Virus record (IMG/VR): IMGVR_UViG_3300027770_003399
Coordinates: 1 to 64,000 of that record
Strand: one strand, 5' to 3'
Origin: a virus
DNA length: 64,000 nt
Below are positions 1 through 10,711 of this stretch, in pieces (position 1 is the stretch's first letter; each line of letters opens with the position of its first letter). The translations under genes were made by a program, and so were the position numbers. The notes beneath the pieces were generated by a model. It was given only the letters and a program-made list of their open reading frames with translations. It had not been told where the DNA came from and made no database searches.

Positions 1-1061
1 TCAAGAATAGACGACCCATTGTGTTGTAATGAGTTTAATTTATCAAATAAGTAAGCTACTTGTTCAGAATGATGTTTATTAATTTTAGCAATACTTTCCT
101 GCTTAATAATATCATTGCCGTGGTGGCTTAATTCATGGTGGCCCTCTTTAACTTCTATTTTAGGATAGGGTCTATTGCTTCCTTCATCAGCTAGTACCAG
201 CGAAACCACTCTGGTAGAATCTGTTAAAAGGGCCAATCCTATAAGATCAATCAAAATCTTACAGTGGTCATCAAAAAATTCAGGAATATCAGAATATAAT
301 TCTCTTTGGCCAGATAATTCTTTGGGCTTAGACTCTTCCATTTCAATACGTCTTTCAATATCTCTAACACTATTGATATACTCTTCTAGCTTACGTTTAT
401 CTGAGCCTGAGAGGTCTTTATTTAAAAGATCCACCTCCCGACTAACCCCATCTAAAATACTCTTTTTATAAAGAATTCGCTCTTTACTTTGTGGAGTATT
501 TCCACCATAAATTCTTTCAAATATACTTCGTGGATTGTTATCTTTGGGCAACGGGGAGGTTGCACTATTCCAAGATATTGTGGATGAATAAGCACAACTA
601 TAACCACTATCACAATTACCAGACTGTTTACCAGACTCACACCCTAATTCTAAAGATCCAAATCTTGTTATAGACCTATAATGTTTAGCTGCTATTTGAT
701 CAGCAGAAATTCCCCCACTAATATTTTTACCATCAGTTTTTTTAATCTGAACACCAGTTAAATAAGTACTCATAGATCTTGCGTGATCTCCACCCCCATC
801 ACCATTAGCTCTTGCTTTTGTTTGAGCAAGGCCAGAAAGAATTAAAATCTTATCTTTATAATTATTAAAGGGTTGTAGAGTTGGTGGTAACTCATTTAAA
901 ACCCCAACATCTTTAGGGGTCCAACTATTCATATTCATACCATTAGGACTAAATACAAATACTAATCTTTTTTTATTTTCAATAATATCTCCCAAAGACT
1001 CTAATAATGGTAGTCCTAATAATGATCCTGATCCAACTATAAATTTTCTTCTATTAATCAT
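1..1061 (-). CDS. DUF1552-family protein with Tat-like signal; runs off the left window edge (absent from the ORF track)
   Basis: Manual translation from ATG at 1061: MINRRKFIVGSGSLLGLPLLESL...RLVFVFSPNG...GDGGGDHARSMSTYLTG...GISADQIAA...SLELGCE...CDSGYSCAYSSTISW...NPRSIFERIYG...EGHHELSHHG, open to position 3. These are typical DUF1552 motifs. The start overlaps the upstream stop (ATGA). Confidence 0.85.
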   Translation of the reverse strand, partial: MINRRKFIVGSGSLLGLPLLESLGDIIENKKRLVFVFSPNGMNMNSWTPKDVGVLNELPPTLQPFNNYKDKILILSGLAQTKARANGDGGGDHARSMSTYLTGVQIKKTDGKNISGGISADQIAAKHYRSITRFGSLELGCESGKQSGNCDSGYSCAYSSTISWNSATSPLPKDNNPRSIFERIYGGNTPQSKERILYKKSILDGVSREVDLLNKDLSGSDKRKLEEYINSVRDIERRIEMEESKPKELSGQRELYSDIPEFFDDHCKILIDLIGLALLTDSTRVVSLVLADEGSNRPYPKIEVKEGHHELSHHGNDIIKQESIAKINKHHSEQVAYLFDKLNSLQHNGSSIL

Positions 1062-1570
1062 AAAGATTCCCACAATTCTATGTCTTCTTTTAAAAGACCC
1101 CTAATAATTTCTAATTCTGCCCCAGATAATTCTGGCTTATTTTCAGGATTTGATGGAGAGATATGTTCTACATTACCATAAATACCAAGAAATTCAAACA
1201 TTGATTGAAATCCATTCTCAAACTTAAAATGCACACACCTATTATTAATTAGATTCATACCATAAAGAGTCTCATATGATCCATTTTGCAAAGAGTCTAT
1301 TAGCATAGAAACAGATAGATTCTTTTTTGAACATAAAGACCGTAATCTTTCTATGGGGTTTCTTACCATTACTCCAACATTATATTCTTGGTCTAGAGTT
1401 GTAACAGATAAAAATGTTGTTGGGTGGCGACCACTAGTGTCTTGTTGATATTCAATAAATTTATCTGGATAAAAATCCCTAAGTAAACAATGGGCTATTG
1501 AGTGACTACCACTACGAGTTACCATAGCTAATTTATTATTATTTGGAGCTTGATATAGTACTGTTATCAT
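1058..1570 (-). CDS. Sulfotransferase family-2-like protein
   Basis: TRSGSHS (PAPS 5'-loop-like), VRNPIERLRS (RxPxxRxxS 3'-PAPS motif) and C-terminal EDIELW. Confidence 0.6.
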   Translation of the reverse strand: MITVLYQAPNNNKLAMVTRSGSHSIAHCLLRDFYPDKFIEYQQDTSGRHPTTFLSVTTLDQEYNVGVMVRNPIERLRSLCSKKNLSVSMLIDSLQNGSYETLYGMNLINNRCVHFKFENGFQSMFEFLGIYGNVEHISPSNPENKPELSGAELEIIRGLLKEDIELWESL

Positions 1571-3072
1571 GTGAAATATAGGACTAATGCCCCATTGCCT
1601 CCGGGAGTTGTAAAAGTATCATAAGCTCCTCTGCCGCCATATCCAGCAGTTTTAGTTAAGGCGCTATTATATTTATTAACATATCCTGCTGATCCAAAAG
1701 CTGCTGTTGCTCCGCAAGTTTCTGTTGTGCTTACTCCAGCTAAAGTTAGGGCTGCGAATAATCCACTAATATCTGTAGCTGGTTTTCTTCCACAAGCAGT
1801 AGTCGTAGCAGAATCTCCACCAACAGCTCCTCCCGGACCACCATAAGCTCCAGATCCTCCGTTTGCTCCACCATCTCCTCCACTATAGCCTCCTGCATCT
1901 GCTAAGGGGTAGACGGAATTATTGCCGTTTCCTCCTGTGATAGTTACTGAGCTATATGTTGCTGTTGATTTTGTTGAAAGGGTACTAGTGTTTATTGCTC
2001 CTACTCCTAGAGCATAAGAGATAGATGCACCAGATACAGACCATGTTTTATACGCACAACCTCCACCATAACTTAAGCTTCCAGGACTACATCCTCCACC
2101 TCCAACGACCCAAGCTTTCATAGTGGTGGCCCCAGCAGGAATAGAGTAGCTTGTGCCAGAAGTTAATAAAACCGCTTGTGGGGTAAATGACACAGGAGTA
2201 AGATATCTAATAATAACAATTCCAGATCCTCCAGCACCACCAGTTCCATTAGTTCTTTCTCCTCCACCACCACCACCTCCAGTATTTGCTGCTGCTGCTA
2301 ATGCACTACCAGATCCAACCCCAGCAGTTCCTCCTCCAGATCCTCCAGCTCCAGGTGTTCCTCCTGCATATGTAGATCCTCCTCCTCCTCCACAATAAGT
2401 TGTTGATATTCCACTAATGCTGCTAGCTGTTCCAGTTCCACCAGCTCCACCAGTAGTGGTTGTTCCGTTTCCTCCCGCACTAGTAGATCCTCCTCCTCCA
2501 CCAGAACCATAATTTCCAGATGTACCTGCTGTTCCTCCATTTTTTCCTTGTCCAACAGTGCCAACTCCGCCAACATTAGAGCCATAACAGGCTCCTCCTC
2601 CAGAAGCTTTTGTACCTAAAGACGCTTGAGTAGGAGGAGTTGTTGGATAGTTGTACCAACTAGCACCTCCTTGGCCTCCTAAACTAGTAATACTGCTAAA
2701 TATAGAACTAGCTCCATTATTTCCCTGAGCAGTAGTAGCTATTCCTCCTAATCCCACAGTAACGGGATATGTTCCATTAGTAACAGCAAATCCAGTTCCT
2801 GTTTGAAATCCTCCTGCTCCTCCACCACCACCATGATAAGTTCCTCCTCCTGAGCCTCCTCCTCCTATAACTAAATATTCAACTGATAAAGATTGCAAAG
2901 CAATAAAATTACTACCAGATGATAAAAATGTATGAACCGTATATAATCCATCATAAGTTATGGTTCCTCCTGTTGCCAAAGATGCATGAGTCCATATTTT
3001 AAGAGTTGATGATGTTCCACTCCCTATTTTTAATAATCCTCCTGTAGTACGACCTATTTTAAATGTTGTCAT
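1567..3072 (-). CDS. Glycine-rich virion/fibre-associated protein (two Gly-rich domains)
   Basis: ATGGTIT..YTVHTF start, YLVIGGGGSGG, repeated GGGGG runs and the AGGSGIVIIRY terminator motif; lies in the fibre operon. Confidence 0.7.
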   Translation of the reverse strand: MTTFKIGRTTGGLLKIGSGTSSTLKIWTHASLATGGTITYDGLYTVHTFLSSGSNFIALQSLSVEYLVIGGGGSGGGTYHGGGGGAGGFQTGTGFAVTNGTYPVTVGLGGIATTAQGNNGASSIFSSITSLGGQGGASWYNYPTTPPTQASLGTKASGGGACYGSNVGGVGTVGQGKNGGTAGTSGNYGSGGGGGSTSAGGNGTTTTGGAGGTGTASSISGISTTYCGGGGGSTYAGGTPGAGGSGGGTAGVGSGSALAAAANTGGGGGGGERTNGTGGAGGSGIVIIRYLTPVSFTPQAVLLTSGTSYSIPAGATTMKAWVVGGGGCSPGSLSYGGGCAYKTWSVSGASISYALGVGAINTSTLSTKSTATYSSVTITGGNGNNSVYPLADAGGYSGGDGGANGGSGAYGGPGGAVGGDSATTTACGRKPATDISGLFAALTLAGVSTTETCGATAAFGSAGYVNKYNSALTKTAGYGGRGAYDTFTTPGGNGALVLYFT

Positions 3073-3407
3073 GGTTCAATAGGCCATTCTATATTAGATG
3101 GATCATTTTGCAGATTAGGAAGATCTCTAAGATTTTGTCTATAAATTATCCAATCTTCTTTATTATTTCCAACATCTGGTAAAACTCTCCAGTCGCATTT
3201 AGATAATAAAAGATCTCTTTCTGCTCGAACTGCTACCCAAAGCTTTTCGATAGGCCAGTTTAAAATCAAAGAGTCTATCTGAACCTGTTGGTCTGGAGTT
3301 GGTTGGTCATCTTTATAATCTATTCTAAATTCATTATTTTCAAGATCAGCTATGCCATGTATTGGTATAATATTATTAATTTTTGTATGGAGTATATTTA
3401 TTAACAT
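3069..3407 (-). CDS. Tail fibre assembly chaperone
   Basis: WVAVRAERDLLLSKCDWRVLPD...WIIYRQNLRDLP...IEWP is the phage tail-assembly-chaperone pattern; adjacent to fibre genes. Confidence 0.8.
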   Translation of the reverse strand: MLINILHTKINNIIPIHGIADLENNEFRIDYKDDQPTPDQQVQIDSLILNWPIEKLWVAVRAERDLLLSKCDWRVLPDVGNNKEDWIIYRQNLRDLPNLQNDPSNIEWPIEP

Positions 3408-5875
3408 AAGAATAATCCTTGTTCCATGTTGACGTTTGTAAAACTAGTATTAGCAGATATTCCTTTTTCTAAAGATTGTATATAGTGATATCCAATTTGA
3501 GGATCAAAAGTAGCTGATGTGCTAAAAGTTCTATAATCTGTAGTGCTTGTTTTTGTTAAAATTAGATTTGTGGGAGTAGTAATACTATCAAGAGCTAGGG
3601 CTATATTTCCACATGTAAAAGAACTATTAAGATTTACACTAATAGCATCTTCTGCGAGTCCCGTAACAAACTCAAACCTTCCTTCTCCAGGTGTGGTATT
3701 AGAGTTAAAAGCTCTCCAAGTAGCAGTAGCATATGAATGAATTGAATATTGCCCAGCATAGATAGCATGAGGCACCCTATTATTATAATTCCATACAAAT
3801 CTCCTTTTTTTACTATCTTCGGTTGTTGTTGATGATGTTGTTCTTAATGTTCCTACATATCTATATGATTTATCACTAGTTTTAACATAAACTCCATCTT
3901 GTAAAGATATTGCTGTTGCTCGTGTAGTATCACTAGCCCAAATATTAATACTTAAAGCCATCTCATTAGGAGTACCAATATAATTTATAAATAAATCATA
4001 ATTAGCATCAGCAGTAACAGCAGGAGTATCAAGACGAACGGTAGAAACATTAAGACCTCCAGCAGAATTGGAGATTGAATATGGAACCCAAACAGAATTA
4101 GTTGTATCATACAAACCAATATAACCATGTGTAAAATGGTAATATCTAATAATAATATTCCCTGTACGATCAGCATCTGGAATTATTCCTCCTCCTAGAC
4201 TACTAGCTTGAACAGAAATTCTCCCTCCAGCTAGTCTACTAGCAAATAAAGAATCATAAGCTTGAACATTAGTTCCTATAGCTAATCCAAGAGTTGTTCG
4301 AGATGTACTAGCATCAGCATCGTCAACTAAGCTTCGTGCAAAAGTTGTTATAGCTCCTGTTGTATAAACATCATTAGCTGTAGCATAAAGATAACTACCA
4401 GAAGCTGTTGTTAATCCAGCAATACTGAGTAATCCAGCATCATATGCTTGAACATTAGTTCCTATGACTAATCCACTAGTATTAATTGTTGCTGTGTCAG
4501 TACCACTATTATATGAAAGAACAATACCTGTTCCAGCAGTAAGAGCAGCAGTAACAAATGACTCAACTCCTCCAGACGATGCTAATAAAGACCTGCCGTA
4601 CTCAGTATAGATACCAGTTGTATAAACATCATTAGCTGTTGTATAGAGATAACTGCCAGAAACTGTTGTTAATGCAGCAATACTAGTTAACCCAGCATCA
4701 TAAGCTTGAACATTAGTTCCAATAGTTAAGCTAAGAGAAGCAGCAGTTTGATCTCCAGTATTTGTTCCGCTAGACGTTCCAGAAAAAGTTCCACTTTGAG
4801 TTGCTAAAGTTCCCAATCCTAATGTTGTTCGACATGTACTAGCATCAGCATCGTCAACTAAGCTTCGTCCAAAAGAAGTAATGACTCCTGTTGTATAAAC
4901 ATCATTAGCTGTTGTATAAATATACCTATCTGCTGCTGTTGTTAATGCAGCAATACTAAGTAATCCAGCATCATATGCTTGAACATCTGTTCCAATAGCT
5001 AATCCTAATGTTGTTCGAGATGTACTAGCATCAGCATCATCAACTAAGCTTCGTCCAAAAGAAGTAATGACTCCTGTTGTATAAACATCATTAGCTGTAG
5101 CATAAATATAATTACCCGACTCTGTTGTTAATCCAGCAATACTTGTTAACCCAGCATCATTAGCTTGAGCATTAGTCCCGATGGTTAAACCAAGAGAAGC
5201 AGCAGTCTGATCTCCAGTATTTGTTCCACTAGACGTTCCAGAAAAAGTTCCACTTTGAGTAGCTAAGGTCCCCAACCCTAATGTTGTTCGAGATGTACTA
5301 GCATCAGCATCATCAACTAAGCTTCGTCCAAAAGAAGTAATGACTCCTGTTGTATAAACATCATTAGCTGTAGCATAAATATAATTACCCGACTCTGTTG
5401 TTAATCCAGCAATACTTGTTAACCCAGCATCATTAGCTTGAGCATTAGTCCCGATGGTTAAACCAAGAGAAGCAGCAGTCTGATCTCCAGTATTTGTTCC
5501 ACTAGACGTTCCAGAAAAAGTTCCACTTTGAGTAGCTAAGGTCCCCAACCCTAATGTTGTTCGTGCTGTACTAGCATCAGCATCATCAACTAAACTTCTT
5601 CCAAAAGTTGTAATAGTTCCTGTTGTGTAAACATCATTAGCTGTAGCATAAAGATAACTACCAGAAGCTGTTGTTAATGAAGCAATACTAAGTAAACCAG
5701 CATCTCCAACCCCCACATTACTACTCAAACTAGTCCAAGTTGAAGTTCCATCTCCAATTTTTAGCAGATTATTAGTAGTATCAAAACCCGGTTCGCCACT
5801 AGCTAATACTGGATTAGTATTAGACCACTGAGTTGCTGACCCTCTTCTAACTTGTATTTGATTGGTTCTAGCCAT
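3401..5875 (-). CDS. Tail fibre 1 (Mtd_N-type N-terminus, repetitive shaft, distinct C-terminal tip)
   Basis: QIQVRRGSATQWSNTNPVLASGEPGFDTTNNLLKIGDG N-terminus; repeated DAGLxSIAGLTT...FGRSLVDDADASTxRTTLGL modules. Confidence 0.8.
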   Translation of the reverse strand: MARTNQIQVRRGSATQWSNTNPVLASGEPGFDTTNNLLKIGDGTSTWTSLSSNVGVGDAGLLSIASLTTASGSYLYATANDVYTTGTITTFGRSLVDDADASTARTTLGLGTLATQSGTFSGTSSGTNTGDQTAASLGLTIGTNAQANDAGLTSIAGLTTESGNYIYATANDVYTTGVITSFGRSLVDDADASTSRTTLGLGTLATQSGTFSGTSSGTNTGDQTAASLGLTIGTNAQANDAGLTSIAGLTTESGNYIYATANDVYTTGVITSFGRSLVDDADASTSRTTLGLAIGTDVQAYDAGLLSIAALTTAADRYIYTTANDVYTTGVITSFGRSLVDDADASTCRTTLGLGTLATQSGTFSGTSSGTNTGDQTAASLSLTIGTNVQAYDAGLTSIAALTTVSGSYLYTTANDVYTTGIYTEYGRSLLASSGGVESFVTAALTAGTGIVLSYNSGTDTATINTSGLVIGTNVQAYDAGLLSIAGLTTASGSYLYATANDVYTTGAITTFARSLVDDADASTSRTTLGLAIGTNVQAYDSLFASRLAGGRISVQASSLGGGIIPDADRTGNIIIRYYHFTHGYIGLYDTTNSVWVPYSISNSAGGLNVSTVRLDTPAVTADANYDLFINYIGTPNEMALSINIWASDTTRATAISLQDGVYVKTSDKSYRYVGTLRTTSSTTTEDSKKRRFVWNYNNRVPHAIYAGQYSIHSYATATWRAFNSNTTPGEGRFEFVTGLAEDAISVNLNSSFTCGNIALALDSITTPTNLILTKTSTTDYRTFSTSATFDPQIGYHYIQSLEKGISANTSFTNVNMEQGLFLC

Positions 5876-5894
5876 TATAATTCCATATTAAATA

Positions 5895-8303
5895 TTAACA
5901 TAATAGAGAGCTTTCTATAGCAAATGAGGTAAACGATGAACTAGCAGTAGTTCCATATTCCACCCCTTGTACAAAATGATATCCTATCTGTTGAGTAAAA
6001 GCTCCAACAGCACTAGCTGCGCTACTATAGGTGGTTGAGGCTTCGACTAATATAGAACTATTAGAGGCTGTACTTGTTGTGTCTAATCCTAATCCGACAT
6101 TTCCATATACTATCTGACCATAGTACATAAGAGATATAGAGTCTTCATTGAAGCCAGAAACAAATTCTATTCTGGTACTACCAAGAGTTGTATTATTATT
6201 CCATGATCTCCAAGTAGCTGTAGAATAAACATGAACACTAGATAGATAGCAATAAACTTTTTTATATCTTCTGTTATTATAGTTCCATAACAATCTTTGA
6301 GCAGCAGTATCTACTGTTGTGGTTGTTGTTACTGTTCTAAAAGTTCCTAAATAACGATATGATTTATCACTAGTTTTAACATAAACTCCATCTTGTAATG
6401 ATATTGCTGTTGCTCGTGCAGTATCACTTGTCCAAATACTAGATGCTAATGTTAGGGTTCCAGTATTGCTATACATAAAAACGTCATAATTATATCCACT
6501 GCTTAATGTTCCAAGAGCTAACGATCTTTGAGTAAAGCTGTATGGAACCCACACTAAATTTGTAGTATCATACAGTCCTATTGAAGAATTTACATATGGA
6601 GTATAATAAATAGTTGTTTTAGCGGATTGATCGGTGGTGCTTATTGGGACGCCACTTTCAAGAGTTAGTCTACCTCCAGCAAATGCACTAGCAAGCACAG
6701 AGTTATATGCTAGAACATCAGTTCCTATTACTAATCCTAATGTTGTTCGAGATGTACTAGAATCAGCATCGTCAACTAAGCTTCGTCCAAAAGCTGTTAT
6801 AACTCCGGTTGTATAAACATCACTAGCTGTAGCATAAATATAATTACCCGACCCTGTTGTTAGTCCAGCAATACTCTGTAAACCCGCATCATATGCTTGA
6901 ATATTGGTTCCTATTACTAATCCACTAGTATTAATTGTTGCTGTATCAGTAACACTATCATACGAAAGAACGATACCTGTTCCAGCAGTAAGAGTAGTGG
7001 TGATAAGCGACTCAACCCCGGATGATGCTAATAAAGACCTACCATACGCCGTAGAGGTACCTGTTGTATAAACATCATTAGCTGTAGCATAAAGATAACT
7101 ACCAGAAGCTGTTGTTAATGCAGCAATACTAGTTAATCCAGCATCGTAAGCTTGAGTATACGTTCCAATAGTTAAACTAAGAGAAGCAGCAGTCTGATCT
7201 CCAGTATTTGTTCCGCTAGAAGTTCCAGAAAAAGTTCCACTTTGAGTTGCTAAAGTACCCAATCCTAATGTTGTTCGTGCTGTACTAGCATCAGCATCGT
7301 CAACTAAGCTTCGTCCAAAAGTTGTTATAGCTCCTGTTGTATAAACATCATTAGCTGTAGTATAAATATATCTATCTGCTGCTGTTGTTAATCCAGCAAT
7401 ACTAAGTAATCCAGCATCATAAGCTTGAACATCTGTTCCAATAGCTAATCCAAGTGTTGTTCGAGATGTACTAGCATCAGCATCGTCAACTAAGCTTCGT
7501 CCAAAAGTTGTTATAGCTCCTGTTGTATAAACATCATTAGCTGTAGTATAAATATATCTATCTGCTGCTGTTGTTAATCCAGCAATACTAGTTAATCCAG
7601 CATCGTAAGCTTGAGTATACGTTCCAATAGTTAAACTAAGAGAAGCGGCAGTCTGATCTCCAGTATTTGTTCCGCTAGAAGTTCCAGAAAAAGTTCCACT
7701 TTGAGTTGCTAAAGTTCCCAATCCAAGAGTTGTTCGTGCTGTACTAGCATCAGCATCATCAACTAAGCTTCGTCCAAAAGTTGTTATAGCTCCTGTTGTA
7801 TAAACATCATTAGATGTTGTATAGATGTATCTGTCTGCTGCTGTTGTTAATCCAGCAATACTAGTTAGCCCAGCATCATAAGGTTGAATACCAAGAGAAA
7901 CTGAGGTCTGATCTCCAGTATTTGTTCCACTAGACGTTCCAGAAAAAGTTCCACTTTGAGTTGCTAAAGTTCCCAATCCTAATGTTGTTCGTGCTGTACT
8001 AGCATCAGCATCATCAACTAAGCTGCGACCAAAAGCTGTTATAACCCCCGTTGTATAAACATCATTAGCTGTAGCATAAAGATAACTACCAGAAACTGTT
8101 GTTAATCCAGCAATACTAAGTAAACCAGCATCTCCAACCCCCACATTACTACTCAAGCTACTCCACGCTGAAGTTCCATCTCCAACTTTTAACAGACTAT
8201 TGGTAGTATCAAAACCCGGTTCTCCACTAGCTAATACCGGATTAGTATTAGACCACTGAGTCGCCGTTCCTCTTCTAACTTGTATTTGATTGGTCCTGGC
8301 CAT
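5895..8303 (-). CDS. Tail fibre 2, paralog of 3401-5875
   Basis: Near-identical N-terminus and shaft modules; diverged C-terminal ~250 aa. Confidence 0.8.
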   Translation of the reverse strand: MARTNQIQVRRGTATQWSNTNPVLASGEPGFDTTNSLLKVGDGTSAWSSLSSNVGVGDAGLLSIAGLTTVSGSYLYATANDVYTTGVITAFGRSLVDDADASTARTTLGLGTLATQSGTFSGTSSGTNTGDQTSVSLGIQPYDAGLTSIAGLTTAADRYIYTTSNDVYTTGAITTFGRSLVDDADASTARTTLGLGTLATQSGTFSGTSSGTNTGDQTAASLSLTIGTYTQAYDAGLTSIAGLTTAADRYIYTTANDVYTTGAITTFGRSLVDDADASTSRTTLGLAIGTDVQAYDAGLLSIAGLTTAADRYIYTTANDVYTTGAITTFGRSLVDDADASTARTTLGLGTLATQSGTFSGTSSGTNTGDQTAASLSLTIGTYTQAYDAGLTSIAALTTASGSYLYATANDVYTTGTSTAYGRSLLASSGVESLITTTLTAGTGIVLSYDSVTDTATINTSGLVIGTNIQAYDAGLQSIAGLTTGSGNYIYATASDVYTTGVITAFGRSLVDDADSSTSRTTLGLVIGTDVLAYNSVLASAFAGGRLTLESGVPISTTDQSAKTTIYYTPYVNSSIGLYDTTNLVWVPYSFTQRSLALGTLSSGYNYDVFMYSNTGTLTLASSIWTSDTARATAISLQDGVYVKTSDKSYRYLGTFRTVTTTTTVDTAAQRLLWNYNNRRYKKVYCYLSSVHVYSTATWRSWNNNTTLGSTRIEFVSGFNEDSISLMYYGQIVYGNVGLGLDTTSTASNSSILVEASTTYSSAASAVGAFTQQIGYHFVQGVEYGTTASSSFTSFAIESSLLC

Positions 8304-8356
8304 ATTTCTCCCTTATAGTCTATCTTATTATTATAATAATAGATAAATATCTAAAA

Positions 8357-10684
8357 TCAAGGAGACCCACCATCTAGAGTTCCCCATGTTGGAACTCCAG
8401 CAACAACTTGTAATATATATCCATTAGATCCAGCAGCTAATTCAGAACCCACACTACTAGCTCCAACCATCAGAGCATTGGAGGCTAATGCTATTTTACC
8501 AACTGTTATTCCAGCAGTACTATTAACATCAGCATTTAATATAGTACCATCTAATATCATGGTGCTAGTAACTTTACCACTTCCAATAGCAGTAACTCCA
8601 GCATTAGTAATAGTAACATCTCCAGTAACACCAACAGATGTTGCTACGTTTGAAGCATTTCCCACTAATATATTAGCACTAGTTAAAGATGCCAACTTAC
8701 TAAAAGCTATAGCAGCACTACTATTAATATCAGCATTTACAATAACATCATTAGCAATACTAGTAGCATTACCCACACTAGTTACATCCCCAGTAAGATT
8801 AGCATTAGTAGTAACAGTACTAGCATTTCCAGTTAGGGCTCCAATAAAAGTACCAGCAACAAAAGTTTCACTTCCAACAGTCCACCTATTATTAGTTTCA
8901 TCCCATATCAATGAAACATTGGCATCTGTACCTCTTTCAATCTCAATACCAGCATCTTGCGTAGCTGAATATGTTTCATCGCTATTAAGAGTAATAATAG
9001 AATCCCCAATATTAACAGTATTACTATTTACTGTTGTTGTGGTACCATTAACTGTTAAATCTCCGCTTAGAATAAGCCCCGAAGCATTTACTGTTCCTGT
9101 AAAAGTTGGACTAGCAATAGGAGCAACATCTGTTCCTATAACCAATCCAAGTGTTGTCCTTTGTGCGGATGCGTCAGCATCGTCTAATAGGGCTTTGCCC
9201 GCAGTTGTTAAATCAAACACAGCAGCTGTGCCCGCTCCTGTAAATTGAATACCCTTATTAGCAGCAGACGTTAAGCCAGCGATAGCAGCAAGTTCAGCAT
9301 CATAGGCCTGAACATCAGTACCAATAGTTAATCCTAACGAAGTTTTTAATGTTGCTGCACTTTCAACAACAAAGTTAGTTCCATTGCCGATAATTACTCC
9401 GTTGTCTGTTGGACTTAATCCAGCAACGTCAGCTAACTGAGCATCATAAGCCTGAACATCTGTTCCTATAGCCAACCCTAATGTTGTTCTTTGTGCGGAT
9501 GCGTCAGCATCGTCTAATAGGGCTTTGCCCGCAGTTGTTAAATCAAATACAGCAGCTGTGCCTGCTCCTGTAAATTGGATGCCTTTATTAGCAGCAGACG
9601 TTAAACCCGCAATTGCAGCAAGTTCAGCGTCATAAGCCTGAACATCAGTACCAATAGTTAATCCTAACGAAGTTTTTAATGTTGCTGCACTTTCAACAAC
9701 AAAGTTAGTTCCATTGCCGATAATTACTCCGTTGTCTGTTGGACTTAATCCAGCAACGTCAGCTAACTGAGCATCATAAGCCTGAACATCTGTTCCTATA
9801 ACTAACCCAAGAGTTGTTCGACCTGCACTAGCATCAGTATCGTCAACTAAACTTCGCCCAAAAGCTGTTATAACTCCTGTTGTATAAGTATCATTAGCCG
9901 TAGCATATAGATAGCTACCAGAAGCCGTTGTTAATCCAGCAATGCTAGTTAAACCAGCATCATAAGCCTGAGTATACGTTCCAACAGTTAAATTAAGAGA
10001 AGCAGCAGTTGGTAGAGTCTGATCTCCAGTATTTGTTCCGCTAGACGTTCCAGAAAAAGTTCCATCTTGAGTAGCTAAGGTCCCCAAGCCGAGAGTTGTT
10101 CGACCCGCACTAGCATTAGCATCGTCAACTAAACTTCGTCCAAAAGCTGTTATAACCCCCGTTGTATAAACATCGCTAGCTGTAGCATAAAGATAATTGT
10201 CCGACCCTGTTGTTAATCCAGCGATGCTCTGTAACCCAGCATCATAAGCTTGAATGTTAGTTCCAATGCCACTAACAGCAATAGTCAACTGATGACCACT
10301 ATAAGTCAAATCAATATTAGACCCCTCTATGAGTCCACTCCCCACAATATCCATAACTTGATCAGAGCTAACTGTTCCAGCAGTTACTCTAGCATCAACA
10401 GCAGTATTAAAATCAGTAATACGACTGGATGGAATTCCAGTAACACTAATAGCTATCGTGGATCCATTAGTCCCCTTAGACAGTCCAATACCACTAACAC
10501 CCGTAAAATCAGTAGGTAGGGTAGCAGCATATGTTAAACTATTCCAAGCAGTTGTTCCGTCTCCAATCTTATACCTACCAGTTGTTGTATCATATCCCCA
10601 CTCTCCAGCAGACAAAACAATAGTACCAGCAGCCCACTCAACAGTTGTTCCACGACGAATCTGAATTAATGTTTTAACTGCCAT
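8357..10684 (-). CDS. Tail fibre 3 (Mtd_N-type N-terminus)
   Basis: IQIRRGTTVEW...GEWGYDTTTGRYKIGDG; shares shaft modules and has an internal 110-aa (330-nt) tandem duplication. Confidence 0.75.
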   Translation of the reverse strand: MAVKTLIQIRRGTTVEWAAGTIVLSAGEWGYDTTTGRYKIGDGTTAWNSLTYAATLPTDFTGVSGIGLSKGTNGSTIAISVTGIPSSRITDFNTAVDARVTAGTVSSDQVMDIVGSGLIEGSNIDLTYSGHQLTIAVSGIGTNIQAYDAGLQSIAGLTTGSDNYLYATASDVYTTGVITAFGRSLVDDANASAGRTTLGLGTLATQDGTFSGTSSGTNTGDQTLPTAASLNLTVGTYTQAYDAGLTSIAGLTTASGSYLYATANDTYTTGVITAFGRSLVDDTDASAGRTTLGLVIGTDVQAYDAQLADVAGLSPTDNGVIIGNGTNFVVESAATLKTSLGLTIGTDVQAYDAELAAIAGLTSAANKGIQFTGAGTAAVFDLTTAGKALLDDADASAQRTTLGLAIGTDVQAYDAQLADVAGLSPTDNGVIIGNGTNFVVESAATLKTSLGLTIGTDVQAYDAELAAIAGLTSAANKGIQFTGAGTAAVFDLTTAGKALLDDADASAQRTTLGLVIGTDVAPIASPTFTGTVNASGLILSGDLTVNGTTTTVNSNTVNIGDSIITLNSDETYSATQDAGIEIERGTDANVSLIWDETNNRWTVGSETFVAGTFIGALTGNASTVTTNANLTGDVTSVGNATSIANDVIVNADINSSAAIAFSKLASLTSANILVGNASNVATSVGVTGDVTITNAGVTAIGSGKVTSTMILDGTILNADVNSTAGITVGKIALASNALMVGASSVGSELAAGSNGYILQVVAGVPTWGTLDGGSP

Positions 10685-10711
10685 AGTAATATCTTTCTTT
10701 TAAAAATTAGT

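Noticed and set aside
3401-10684. Diversity-generating retroelement (suggested by Mtd_N domains)
   Set aside because: No reverse transcriptase, and no template/variable repeat pair differing at adenines; Mtd_N is a common fibre N-terminus.
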